64,000 nucleotides of DNA from assembly GCA_021604885.1 (NCBI GenBank), contig BQJV01000001.1, forward strand, positions 2,795 to 66,794, read 5' to 3'. Source of the DNA: Acidimicrobiales bacterium (GTDB lineage: Bacteria > Actinomycetota > Acidimicrobiia > Acidimicrobiales > Aldehydirespiratoraceae). Shown in pieces: positions 56,490 to 64,000 of this stretch. The notes beneath the pieces are model-generated. The model was not told the DNA's origin. It saw nothing but the letters and a program-made list of their open reading frames with translations, and did no database searches. The translations under genes were made by a program, and so were the position numbers. Within the stretch, counting starts at the first letter, position 1; every line of letters begins with the position of its first letter.

Positions 56490-57466
56490 AGCTGTGTCGT
56501 GGCCAACGCGACGACAGCGACCACACAGGCGATCGAGATCCGGTACCAGCCGAAGATCGACAGCGGTCGACGTTGGAGGTAGGCGACCATCCACGTCACC
56601 GCCAACCACGCGGTGACCGCCGCAGCAGCGACCCCGACAATACTGCTACGCCACCCGAAGGTGGCTGTGATTGCGTCGCCACCGCTGAGCAACTCATAGC
56701 CGGTGGCGGCCGAGAGTGTGACCAATCCCAACAAGAAGCTGAACTCCACTGCGGCAGGAAGACCCATGCCAACCGCCAGCGCCGCGATGATCGTGATCAG
56801 GCTGCGGCTCGTTCCCGGCCACAGCGCCAGGACCTGGGCCGCACCGATGATCGCCGCGGCCCCGATGGACAGCTCCTCGAGCGGACGGGTGGCCGATGTG
56901 GTGGTGAGTCGTGGCCACAAGAGCGCCAAGCCGCCGACAACCCACGCGGCCAAGATGGGCCAGGTACTGAAGAGATTGTTCTTGATGGCATCACCCGCCA
57001 CCAACCCCACCACCGCGGCCGGCACGAACGCGGTGAGGATCGCGAGCGCCAGTCGCCGCCCTGCCGGATCGAATCCGAGCACGCCTCGAGCGAGCGTGAC
57101 GACGCGGCGACGATACAAGCCGAGCACGGCGGCAATCGCGCCGACCTGGATGACGATCGCATACGAGTCAGCGGCGGTTTTGCCCTCCGGCGTGCTGGTG
57201 AGACCAAGGAGAACTTCGGTGATCGCAAGGTGAGCCGTGGAGCTGACAGGGAGGTACTCGGTCACCCCCTCGATCATCCCGAGCACCAGCGCCTCGCTCG
57301 TGGAGAGCTCCGCGTCCCCGGCCTCGGCGGCCGCGCTCGCCGCTACAGCCACGAGTACACCGATGACCAACGCTCCCACGCACCATCGCCGGACCGTTCG
57401 ATGGCCGGCGGGGCCTTCACGTCGCGCCAGCGCTCTGCTCGCGATCGAGTTTCGCTGCTGTACCAA
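56486..57466 (-). CDS. uppP: undecaprenyl-diphosphate phosphatase (BacA/UppP family)
   Basis: ..GMIEGVTEYLPVSSTAHLAI.. and ..WPGTSRSLITIIAAL... The N-terminal ~55 aa extension makes the start uncertain. Confidence 0.8.
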   Translation of the reverse strand: MVQQRNSIASRALARREGPAGHRTVRRWCVGALVIGVLVAVAASAAAEAGDAELSTSEALVLGMIEGVTEYLPVSSTAHLAITEVLLGLTSTPEGKTAADSYAIVIQVGAIAAVLGLYRRRVVTLARGVLGFDPAGRRLALAILTAFVPAAVVGLVAGDAIKNNLFSTWPILAAWVVGGLALLWPRLTTTSATRPLEELSIGAAAIIGAAQVLALWPGTSRSLITIIAALAVGMGLPAAVEFSFLLGLVTLSAATGYELLSGGDAITATFGWRSSIVGVAAAAVTAWLAVTWMVAYLQRRPLSIFGWYRISIACVVAVVALATTQL

Positions 57467-57498
57467 AGGATCCGACCGTCTACCACGCAGGGGGTGTT

Positions 57499-57517
57499 AT
57501 GCTACTGACTGTAGCAT
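57499..57517. promoter_or_regulatory. dyad ATGCTAC-TGACT-GTAGCAT (ACTGACTGTA core) in the uppP/CPBP divergent region
   Basis: A perfect 7-bp inverted repeat. Its core matches ACAGACTGTA at 58351-58360 in 9 of 10 positions. Confidence 0.5.
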
Positions 57518-57644
57518 GTTGCGCGATGTGTGCTCTCGACCTCCGATCGAACGCCGGAGCTCCAGCCGGCGACCGCCGGTGGTGAGTCGCTCGCTGCGAC
57601 ACCTCTTGCCGGTCTCGGACCCCAACCACGCGACAGGGGCGAGG

Positions 57645-58301
57645 ATGTGGCCGGCGTGGCTGGCATTTGTGGGCTGGGTGTCGGCCGTGTCGCTCGCCGC
57701 GTTCGGCTCGACGGTCGCGATCGTCGCTGGTTCGACTGCGGACGGCAGCGTCTCACTGCTGTTGAGCCAAGTCGGACTGTGGACCGGTTTCGTGGCAACC
57801 GCGGTCGTGGCCAGTCGTCGTTTCGGCTCGGGCGACGTCCGAGCCGACTTCGGGTTCGCTATCACGTTCGCCGACATCGCGAAGTCGATGCTGATCGGTG
57901 TGGCCGTGCAGGTTCTCGTCGTTCCCGGGATCTATCTCCCGCTGATTGCAGCGGGTGTGGAGCTGGACATCTCCGGGCCCGCAGAGACGCTCTTCCGAGA
58001 CGTCTCGGGTCTCGAGAAGTTCGCCATTGCGGCAGGGGTGATCGCCGTTGCGCCGGTAGCAGAGGAGCTGCTGTTTCGCGGTGTCCTTCTGGGTGGGCTG
58101 ATCCAGAGCATCGGCGATCGGGGCGCAGTGTGGGTGAGCGCGGTCGTGTTTGCCGCGAGCCACTTCCAGATGGTGCAGTTCCCGGGCCTGTTGGCCATCG
58201 GGTTGGCGTTGGCGTGGCTGGCTCGGCGCACCGGCGGCTTGGCGGCACCGATCTGGGCCCACGCCGCCTTCAACGCCACCACTGTTGCTTTCCTCTGGTG
58301 A
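57645..58301 (+). CDS. CPBP-family intramembrane glutamic protease (CAAX protease-like)
   Basis: ATG at 57645. ..VAPVAEELLFRGVL.., ..VFAASHF.. and ..WAHAAFN.. are CPBP motifs 1-3. Confidence 0.8.
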   Translation: MWPAWLAFVGWVSAVSLAAFGSTVAIVAGSTADGSVSLLLSQVGLWTGFVATAVVASRRFGSGDVRADFGFAITFADIAKSMLIGVAVQVLVVPGIYLPLIAAGVELDISGPAETLFRDVSGLEKFAIAAGVIAVAPVAEELLFRGVLLGGLIQSIGDRGAVWVSAVVFAASHFQMVQFPGLLAIGLALAWLARRTGGLAAPIWAHAAFNATTVAFLW

Positions 58302-58348
58302 GTCACGGCGATCGCGCCACAAGCGCCACAGCCCCGAGTACCAAACTG

Positions 58349-58363
58349 CGACAGACTGTACGA
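58349..58363. promoter_or_regulatory. operator-like 15-mer GCGACAGACTGTACG (ACAGnCTGT dyad)
   Basis: Exact reverse complement of 62188-62202. It overlaps a TACGAT -10-like hexamer. Confidence 0.55.
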
Positions 58364-58739
58364 TTTGGTTCCATGTTCACTCATCAGTTCACGCTTCCCG
58401 GCTGGTTCCGGTGACGGGTCTCGACGTGCTCGCGGTAGCGGTTGGTAGCACGGTCGGGGCTGCCTTGGGAGTGCGGGCATGGCGGCAGGTCCCCGATAAC
58501 CGTGCTGATCGTGTCGCTGCCGAGGGTGAGTCCGCGCAGGAGCGGGATCTGCACCAGCAGTGCGACTCGATCATCGTGCGTCTGACCCGACGTGCCGACG
58601 AGGGCTCCGTAGATCGGCTGTCCCTCGATCGGGCCCACTTCTTTCACGACATCGCCACTCGCGCCGGCTGTCCTTCTGAGCGGAGCGCGGCCCGAAGCGA
58701 GCTAGTGGCGATAGAGAAGGCGACTTCCCACAACGAATC

Positions 58740-59711
58740 GTGTGGCTCGTGAAGCGTCTCGCCCTGCTTGTCGGGTGTTGTGCGGTCAGCGTCGCGTGCG
58801 GCACCGGTGCCGAATCCGGCCCCGGTCCGTCGCAGGAGCTGATCGCCGCTGTGGCCAGCTTCGATGTGAGCCCCGAGCGCACCGAACGCTTCATCGTGGG
58901 GCTGTTCGCCCGTGATCGAGGCGACGTCGCTCTGGGTGACATCGAGCTGAGCTTCGCACACCGGGACGGACCGACCGGCGAATCGGAGCCGTCGAGCGGA
59001 TCAGATCCTGTCGTAGCACCCGCCCCCACCTCTGCACGGTTCCTCCCGATTCCAGGCACAGAGCAGGTGACCGGCGACGAACCGACCTTCGCCCCTCCCG
59101 CCGGCGTACGCGGTGTCTACGCCACGACGCCGATCCGGTTCCCGGCTCCCGGTGTGTGGGAGGTGACCGTCGACGCGAGTGTTGACGGTCAAGTGTTCAC
59201 GACGTCGACGCTGTTCGAGGTGTATGCCAACTCCGTGGTGCCCGGGGCCGGAGATGCGGCGCCTCGTACCGTGCAGCCCCTCCCGGGCGACCCGTCGGTG
59301 GCTCCGGAGTCGATCGACTCTCGCCTCGGCTTCGACGAGGAGCTCCCGGACCCGGGTCTGCACAAGACGACCATCGCTGATGCCCTCGATGCGGGCCGCC
59401 CCGTGATGGTGACCGTGACGACGCCGGTGTTCTGTGTCAGCCGGTTCTGCGGCCCGATCACCGACGAGCTCGCCCGGTTGGAGACCGAGTATGGCGACCG
59501 AGTGGAGTTCGTGCACCTCGAGGTCTGGAAGGACTTCGAAGGCGGTGTGCTCAATCAGGCGGCCGCGGACTGGGTCGCTCCCCAAGGCACCGAACGTGCT
59601 GCTGAGCCGTGGGTGTTCTTGGTCGACTCGACCGGCACGATCACGTCGCGGTGGGACAACGTCGCCTCGGTGCAGGAGCTGACGGCCGCGCTCGATGAGA
59701 TCGTCGGGTAG
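58740..59711 (+). CDS. thioredoxin-fold lipoprotein
   Basis: Lipobox ..LALLVGC.., an N-terminal Ig-like region and a C-terminal ..VTTPVFCVSRFCGPI.. followed by a thioredoxin-like fold. Confidence 0.7.
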   Translation: MWLVKRLALLVGCCAVSVACGTGAESGPGPSQELIAAVASFDVSPERTERFIVGLFARDRGDVALGDIELSFAHRDGPTGESEPSSGSDPVVAPAPTSARFLPIPGTEQVTGDEPTFAPPAGVRGVYATTPIRFPAPGVWEVTVDASVDGQVFTTSTLFEVYANSVVPGAGDAAPRTVQPLPGDPSVAPESIDSRLGFDEELPDPGLHKTTIADALDAGRPVMVTVTTPVFCVSRFCGPITDELARLETEYGDRVEFVHLEVWKDFEGGVLNQAAADWVAPQGTERAAEPWVFLVDSTGTITSRWDNVASVQELTAALDEIVG

Positions 59712-59726
59712 CCGGCCAGGTAGTCG

Positions 59727-60614
59727 TCAGTGAAGTGCGGCCATGACTGCCGTGATATCGCCGACGGTGTGGGTGAGGCTGTATGCGCCGGCGGCGACCA
59801 AGGCGGCGATGAAGCCCGTGACGCCAACAAGGGCATGACGCGACGATTCGGGTGAAAGCTCATCGCTCCCGGTTTGGTGGTCGACTCCCCCGACGCCGTC
59901 GCAGGCGCCCAGCTGGGCACGGGCCCGCGACATCGCCTGCGAGTCGACGTGAGGATGGCGACTGGCGTCCAAGTCGGCCCATTGCTCGATCGAATGCCGG
60001 TGAGCGGCAACCACTGCTCGCACGCCGGGCACCCAGCCCCAGATCCGCTGGTAGGTCCCCAGCACGAGCAGGTGGCGATGGTGGCGCAGCCGGAGGTGGG
60101 AACCTTCGTGGGCCAGGACTGCTCGGCGCTCGGGTGCGGCCAGCCGGGTAACCGATTCGGACACCACGACATGGCGATCGCGGCCGGGAACCGCGAAGGC
60201 GACCGGCTCGAGCGTCGGCGCGACCCGCACCTCGACGCCAGCGAGCTCATCGTGCAGCAGCGCGGTCGCAGCCCACGGCGGCAGTTTCGCACGACGTCGG
60301 GCGCGTCCGCTCTGGCGAAGAAACGACAAGAGCCCGCTCGCTCCGACGCCGCCGAGCACACCGGCGGCCGACCAGGCCCACGGTCCACCGGGCGACAGAT
60401 GTCCGAGACCGACTGCGGACACCTCGCCCTGGTCGTGCCACGACAGCAGCAAAGGGCTGGCCGTGAGCAGGGTGCCGACGCCGAGTAGCGAGATGCCGAT
60501 TGTCGCAGACACACATGCCGTCCGCACCCGTGCCGTGGGGCCGAGCGCACTTCTCGCACTGAGCGCGGGCACCGTCAACAAGGCCACACCGATGCCGATA
60601 ACCAGCAAACTCAT
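59727..60614 (-). CDS. M56-family (BlaR1-like) membrane metalloprotease/sensor
   Basis: N-terminal TM spans, then the zinc motif ..AVLAHEGSHLRLRHH.. (HExxH). ATGA overlap with the blaI-type gene. Confidence 0.8.
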   Translation of the reverse strand: MSLLVIGIGVALLTVPALSARSALGPTARVRTACVSATIGISLLGVGTLLTASPLLLSWHDQGEVSAVGLGHLSPGGPWAWSAAGVLGGVGASGLLSFLRQSGRARRRAKLPPWAATALLHDELAGVEVRVAPTLEPVAFAVPGRDRHVVVSESVTRLAAPERRAVLAHEGSHLRLRHHRHLLVLGTYQRIWGWVPGVRAVVAAHRHSIEQWADLDASRHPHVDSQAMSRARAQLGACDGVGGVDHQTGSDELSPESSRHALVGVTGFIAALVAAGAYSLTHTVGDITAVMAALH

Positions 60615-60970
60615 CGGCGGCGACCAAGGAGCCGCTTCAGCGCAGTGGTCTGATCGGGCGACAGATGCTCGACGAAATGGCCGAGGGCGACGGAGGGATC
60701 GGTCGCTGCGGCGAATGCCTCAGCCATTGCATCGGCGACCTGTTCCTCACGAGACCGTGTCGGCCGATATAGGTAGGCTTTGCCGACCTTGGTCCGGGTG
60801 ACCAGGCGCTTCTTCCACAAGCGCCGCAAGATCGTCAGCACCGTCGAGTACGCCACCGGCGGATCGATGTCGAGTCGGTCCAGGACATCGCCCGGCTTGA
60901 GCGGGTCGTCGATGCTCCAGAGAACGTCGAGCACCGCTGCCTCCAGACTACCCATGGGCCGTCGGCTCAT
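60611..60970 (-). CDS. BlaI/MecI/CopY-family transcriptional repressor
   Basis: MSRRPMGSLEAAVLDVLWSIDDPLKPGDVLDRL....AYSTVLTILRRLWKKRLVTRTKVGKAYLYRP... Confidence 0.88.
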   Translation of the reverse strand: MSRRPMGSLEAAVLDVLWSIDDPLKPGDVLDRLDIDPPVAYSTVLTILRRLWKKRLVTRTKVGKAYLYRPTRSREEQVADAMAEAFAAATDPSVALGHFVEHLSPDQTTALKRLLGRRR

Positions 60971-60999
60971 CGTCCACCTCGTTCCATCAGGTGGCGAGT

Positions 61000-61866
61000 T
61001 TAGGCGCAGCTTGCGTCGGGTCGATGGGTGGGCGCCTGGTCGGTCACCGGTGCGGAGGTGCGCGACGTTGATGAGCTGCGTTCCTCAGACGCCCAAGATG
61101 CGAACAGCCAGAGGATGAACAGCCAAAGAATCGTGCCACCGCCGATCTTCATGACGACGCCCGCGAGCTGAAGGTCGGTCACCGCAGAGATGCCCCACAC
61201 CCGTGGTGCCGTCGCGTACGAGTCGTAGAACGCAGTCTCGGTCCAAGTCAAGAAGCCAGCGGGGACAGTCGGGACGATGGTCGCCCCGATGAGATACACG
61301 ATCTTGAGTGGCGGTCGTAGCGGCTCGACAACCGGTTCAGAACCCAGGATCGGTAGCCAGAACAGGCATCCGCTCAGCAACCACAGCGCGTGAAGCGAGA
61401 AATGCACCAACGAGTTCGAGGTGTAGAGCTCCACCACGCTGGGCAGATGCGTCGCGACCAACACCACTTGAAACAATCCAAGAGCAACCGGGCCTCTCCC
61501 CAGAAAACGAACCACACGGGCCACGGGCCGCACCAGCTCGACCTGAAGCCAGGTCGGGACGCCGGAGACCAAGAGTGGTGCCGCGACCAGCGTCACCATG
61601 ACGAACTGGACCATGTGAGCGCTGAACAGATAGTCATCACCGAGTCGATCCATGGGCCAGTCGACGGCGACCCACAACACCACGACCCCGGCGGCAAACC
61701 TCGCCCGCACCCCCCGGCCCGGCAAATCAGGCGGGCCCGGCAGCTGCGGGCGGAGCCGACTCAGCGACCACCAATAGCCGAGGGCCGCCGCCGCGACCAA
61801 CAGCCACACGTCGGGACGGGCTTCCCAAACCCACGGCGAGTCCGCAACTGCCACCACCGGTGTCAT
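61000..61866 (-). CDS. cytochrome c oxidase assembly factor CtaG-like (Caa3_CtaG family) membrane protein
   Basis: About 7 TM spans. ..FSAHMVQFVMVTLVAAPLL.. and ..HFSLHALWLLSGCLFWLPI... Confidence 0.7.
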   Translation of the reverse strand: MTPVVAVADSPWVWEARPDVWLLVAAAALGYWWSLSRLRPQLPGPPDLPGRGVRARFAAGVVVLWVAVDWPMDRLGDDYLFSAHMVQFVMVTLVAAPLLVSGVPTWLQVELVRPVARVVRFLGRGPVALGLFQVVLVATHLPSVVELYTSNSLVHFSLHALWLLSGCLFWLPILGSEPVVEPLRPPLKIVYLIGATIVPTVPAGFLTWTETAFYDSYATAPRVWGISAVTDLQLAGVVMKIGGGTILWLFILWLFASWASEERSSSTSRTSAPVTDQAPTHRPDASCA

Positions 61867-62228
61867 CTCGCCATCCGTTCCGACTCACCGACCCGACGGT
61901 GCCGAGCCCTGGTCAAGGCCACACCTCCACCAACGACCCACAGCCCGATCAAGCCGAACCCGGCGACCATGGCGGTCACACTGCTCCCTGAGCCGTCACC
62001 CGCAACGCCTTCACCCACTTCGGGCTCCACCGCCGGCAATTCCGCGACCGGTACAGCCGCCGAGGGACTCGCGGGCGGGTCGTCGTCTCGCGACGCGCTG
62101 AGGACCACGCCCGCGACGACGAACACGACAGCGATCGCAAGAAGCGCTATCACTGCCTGAACCCCGGTTACACCCCGCAGCACTTCTCGTACAGTCTGTC
62201 GCACTTTGCAAGTATGTCGCCGGGTCAT
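61863..62228 (-). CDS. small membrane protein (hypothetical)
   Basis: Two hydrophobic spans. ATGA overlap with the ctaG-like gene. The operator-like 15-mer at 62188-62202 suggests the true start is the GTG at 62183. Confidence 0.45.
   Translation of the reverse strand: MTRRHTCKVRQTVREVLRGVTGVQAVIALLAIAVVFVVAGVVLSASRDDDPPASPSAAVPVAELPAVEPEVGEGVAGDGSGSSVTAMVAGFGLIGLWVVGGGVALTRARHRRVGESERMAR
62188..62202. promoter_or_regulatory. operator-like 15-mer CGTACAGTCTGTCGC (ACAGnCTGT dyad)
   Basis: Exact reverse complement of 58349-58363. It lies 4 nt upstream of the GTG at 62183 in gene sense, with a TACGAG -10-like hexamer. Confidence 0.55.
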
Positions 62229-62274
62229 TCGCTATGCCCACTCGACCCGAATCGGGCGGTGACCTCGCCGCGAG

Positions 62275-62949
62275 TCAGCGCAACAACGTCGACCAGTAGT
62301 CCCAGAACCTGACGGTTATGAGGCCTGCCACCACCAGCACCCAACCTGTCAGCACCACGGCATGGAACTCGGCGCCGACCCGGACCACCCGGCCGGTGAA
62401 CCTGCGTCGGGTGGCATCACCGGTACGAAGATTGTGGAGGGTGACGTACCAGAAGATGGCAGCGGTCACACACCACACGACCATGCAGTACGGGCAGAGC
62501 GCGCCGATCCGATACAGGCTCTGGTAAATCAACCAGTGCACAAACACGAACCCGAGGGTTGCTCCGGCCTGCAGCCCGAGCCAGAACCGCTTGGGGTACG
62601 CAACGCCGGCGAGCAGCGAAACTCCGACCGTCACCACGACGGCGAACCCGACGACGCCCAGGATCGGGTTCGGGAACCCGAAGACCTCCGCCTGGGATGT
62701 GCGCATGATCGAGCCACAGCTGAGAATCGGGTTGATACTGCAGCTCGGCACATAGTCCGGGTTCGCCAGGAGCTCGATCTTCTCGATCAACAGCGTCGCT
62801 GACGCGACCAACCCAACGAGCCCACCGGCGGACAACAACCAGGCCAGGCCAACGTTCTCGTGTGCCGTCGCCACCTGCGCTGGTCCCGGCTCGACGGCTC
62901 GTGCCGCCGGACCCGAGGAAGGTCGGTCGGCCACGACCGCTTCCGTCAC
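62275..62949 (-). CDS. vitamin K epoxide reductase (VKOR) family protein
   Basis: ..VPSCSINPILSCGS.. and ..GALCPYCMVVW.. (CxxC) in a 4-5 TM protein. ATGA overlap with the DsbA-like gene. Confidence 0.85.
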   Translation of the reverse strand: MTEAVVADRPSSGPAARAVEPGPAQVATAHENVGLAWLLSAGGLVGLVASATLLIEKIELLANPDYVPSCSINPILSCGSIMRTSQAEVFGFPNPILGVVGFAVVVTVGVSLLAGVAYPKRFWLGLQAGATLGFVFVHWLIYQSLYRIGALCPYCMVVWCVTAAIFWYVTLHNLRTGDATRRRFTGRVVRVGAEFHAVVLTGWVLVVAGLITVRFWDYWSTLLR

Positions 62950-63599
62950 GCGCCGATCGCCTGCTCAACCGCCGTTACCAGATCCTCGAAGCTCGACGGC
63001 TCGAGCTTCTCGCCATCCAGAAAGAACGTCGGGGTTCCCTCCACTCCCAGCGCCTGACCGTCAGCCTTGTCGCGTCGGACCTTCTCGAGCGTCGCAGGAT
63101 CGTCGTATACCTCGCGGAACTGCGTCATGTCGAGACCAAGCTGTTCGGCAAAGCCGACGAACACCTCCTCCTGTGAGCTGCTGCTCTCCCCCCACTCCGG
63201 CTGCGTCTCGAACAACAAGTCCATCATCTCGACGAACATGTCCTGCGCAGCTGCAGCCTCCGCAGCACGAGCCGCAGCCTCAGAGTTGTTGTGCAACGGA
63301 AAGTTCCGCACAACGAAGGAGACCTCACCGCCATACAGCGAACGCAGCTCCGTAACCGCCGGGTGAGCAGCGCGGCACGCCTCGCACTCGAAGTCGAGGA
63401 ACTCCACGAACTCCACCGAGTCCACCGGGGCCTCCGAGATTCGATGACTGTCGGCGCGGACCAGCTGGGCGTCGCCCCCAGCAATCACCACGTCGCCCGC
63501 CTGAGTGGACGGGCCGTCTCCTCCAGCGTTCGCCGCCACCACCAACGCAGCGACAGCGAGAACCACCATCAACAGAGGGAGCACCAAGTTCTTCTTCAT
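62946..63599 (-). CDS. DsbA-family thiol:disulfide oxidoreductase (secreted)
   Basis: Signal/anchor MKKNLVLPLLMVVLAVAALVVA, active site FLDFECEACRAAHP and ..GVEGTPTFFLDG... Confidence 0.85.
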   Translation of the reverse strand: MKKNLVLPLLMVVLAVAALVVAANAGGDGPSTQAGDVVIAGGDAQLVRADSHRISEAPVDSVEFVEFLDFECEACRAAHPAVTELRSLYGGEVSFVVRNFPLHNNSEAAARAAEAAAAQDMFVEMMDLLFETQPEWGESSSSQEEVFVGFAEQLGLDMTQFREVYDDPATLEKVRRDKADGQALGVEGTPTFFLDGEKLEPSSFEDLVTAVEQAIGA

Positions 63600-63666
63600 C
63601 GACCCAGCTCCCCGTCGAACTCACAACGAACACGGTGCGCCAGCGATACAAAGGGTCGGATTCGAT

Positions 63667-63693
63667 TCATGTCGCACAGTCTGTATGACATGA
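63667..63693. promoter_or_regulatory. nested dyad TCATGTC-GCACAGTCTGTAT-GACATGA upstream of the dsbA-vkor operon
   Basis: Contains the ACAGTCTGT core (63676-63684) flanked by perfect 7-bp arms. It begins 68 bp upstream of the ATG at 63599. Confidence 0.5.
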
Positions 63694-64000
63694 CGGCGAA
63701 ACGGGCGTCACCGACGAAGAATCACGACCCCGAACCGCCCTGCTGCGCCACAGGCAGGCCGGCTGCGGAAGCGACGACTCATCCGCCACGGTCCGACCCA
63801 TCGAACCGATTCTCGCCAGCGAAATCGCAATCGACTTCGACCCATCAGCGACAACCGCGACCCTCACAGTCGACACGACCGTCCCGTTGCCTGCTCGGTC
63901 ATTTTCGGCGTCGACGAATCCTTCGGCTCCATCGCGGTCGACAACGATATGCAGGGCGGAGCACACAACGATCACGGACCGCTGCTCACCGGCCTCGCCC

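Noticed and set aside
58384-58647. 87-aa minus-strand ORF MKEVGPIEGQPIYGALVGTSGQTHDDR.. as a confident CDS
   Set aside because: It has decent codon bias but no recognisable family. It competes with a plus-strand frame that is better placed relative to the operator-like site. It is left as ambiguous.
63700-64000. A gene at the right edge (minus ORF 63667..63975, or plus-strand frames reading ..VIFGVDESFGSIAVDNDMQGGAHNDHGPLLTGLA)
   Set aside because: Both strands give protein-like stretches, no frame is continuous with a start, and the window ends at 64000. I could not decide on a strand or a family.

Overview
The window is high-GC, actinobacterial-type DNA. Codon third positions are strongly G/C, starts are ATG, GTG or TTG, and many adjacent genes share 4-nt ATGA/GTGA stop-start overlaps. 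Only the left ~1.8 kb looks like chromosomal backbone: a carotenoid-cleavage oxygenase running off the left edge, plus a small 2TM protein. Everything to the right looks accessory.

(1) Tandem integrative elements. Three identical 45-bp copies of the 3' half of a tRNA-Met(CAT) gene (1802-1846, 23770-23814, 37671-37715, tRNA sense on the minus strand) delimit the array. None of the copies keeps the tRNA 5' half.
- Element A (1.8-23.8 kb) carries a Gp49/HigB-XRE toxin-antitoxin pair, an amber-interrupted DUF3024 gene, a DUF5131(Gp37/Gp68)-TcmP pair with TcmP frameshifted in a G6 run, a complete type I R-M system (hsdR-hsdS-hsdM) and a patatin-like phospholipase. It also carries a MobF relaxase, an excisionase-like HTH, an XRE regulator and a tyrosine integrase. 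A 6-kb block lies between the integrase and the right att copy. It holds a membrane protein, a LysR-like regulator and a SIR2-HerA pair with a tightly coupled KTSC-domain gene.
- Element B (23.8-37.7 kb) carries a second toxin-antitoxin pair and a decayed gene. It also has a 9-kb translationally coupled P450-MFS-TetR-MMPL-hydrolase-thioesterase-P450 cassette bracketed by ~151-bp imperfect direct repeats, three hypothetical genes and a tyrosine integrase.
- Element C (37.7-~40.9 kb) is a remnant: a frameshifted XRE, another toxin/XRE pair, an SRPBCC/TetR pair and only the first ~200 bp of an integrase gene.

(2) Metal and envelope thiol-disulfide island, from ~41 kb to the right edge.
- A 3-Cys MerR locus with an amber-interrupted flavoprotein disulfide oxidoreductase.
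- ynfA, a MerR remnant and a His-tailed DMT transporter.
- Two ArsR-controlled P1B-type ATPase operons, one coupled to lspA, the other to a DUF3703-methyltransferase, an ICMT-like methyltransferase and an HMA-like ORF.
- DUF305, uppP, a CPBP protease, a thioredoxin-fold lipoprotein, a BlaI/M56 pair, CtaG-like, VKOR and DsbA genes.

No CRISPR array, rRNA or intact tRNA was found.

The most interesting leads, none provable without searches:
- the uncharacterised DUF5131-TcmP pair embedded in the R-M/TA/patatin defence cluster;
- the SIR2-HerA-KTSC three-gene arrangement;
- the tandem tRNA-half att array with distinct arm-type repeats;
- the Campbell-like repeat-bracketed P450/MMPL cassette;
- a recurring ACAGnCTGT dyad that looks like the operator set of the BlaI-family repressor.
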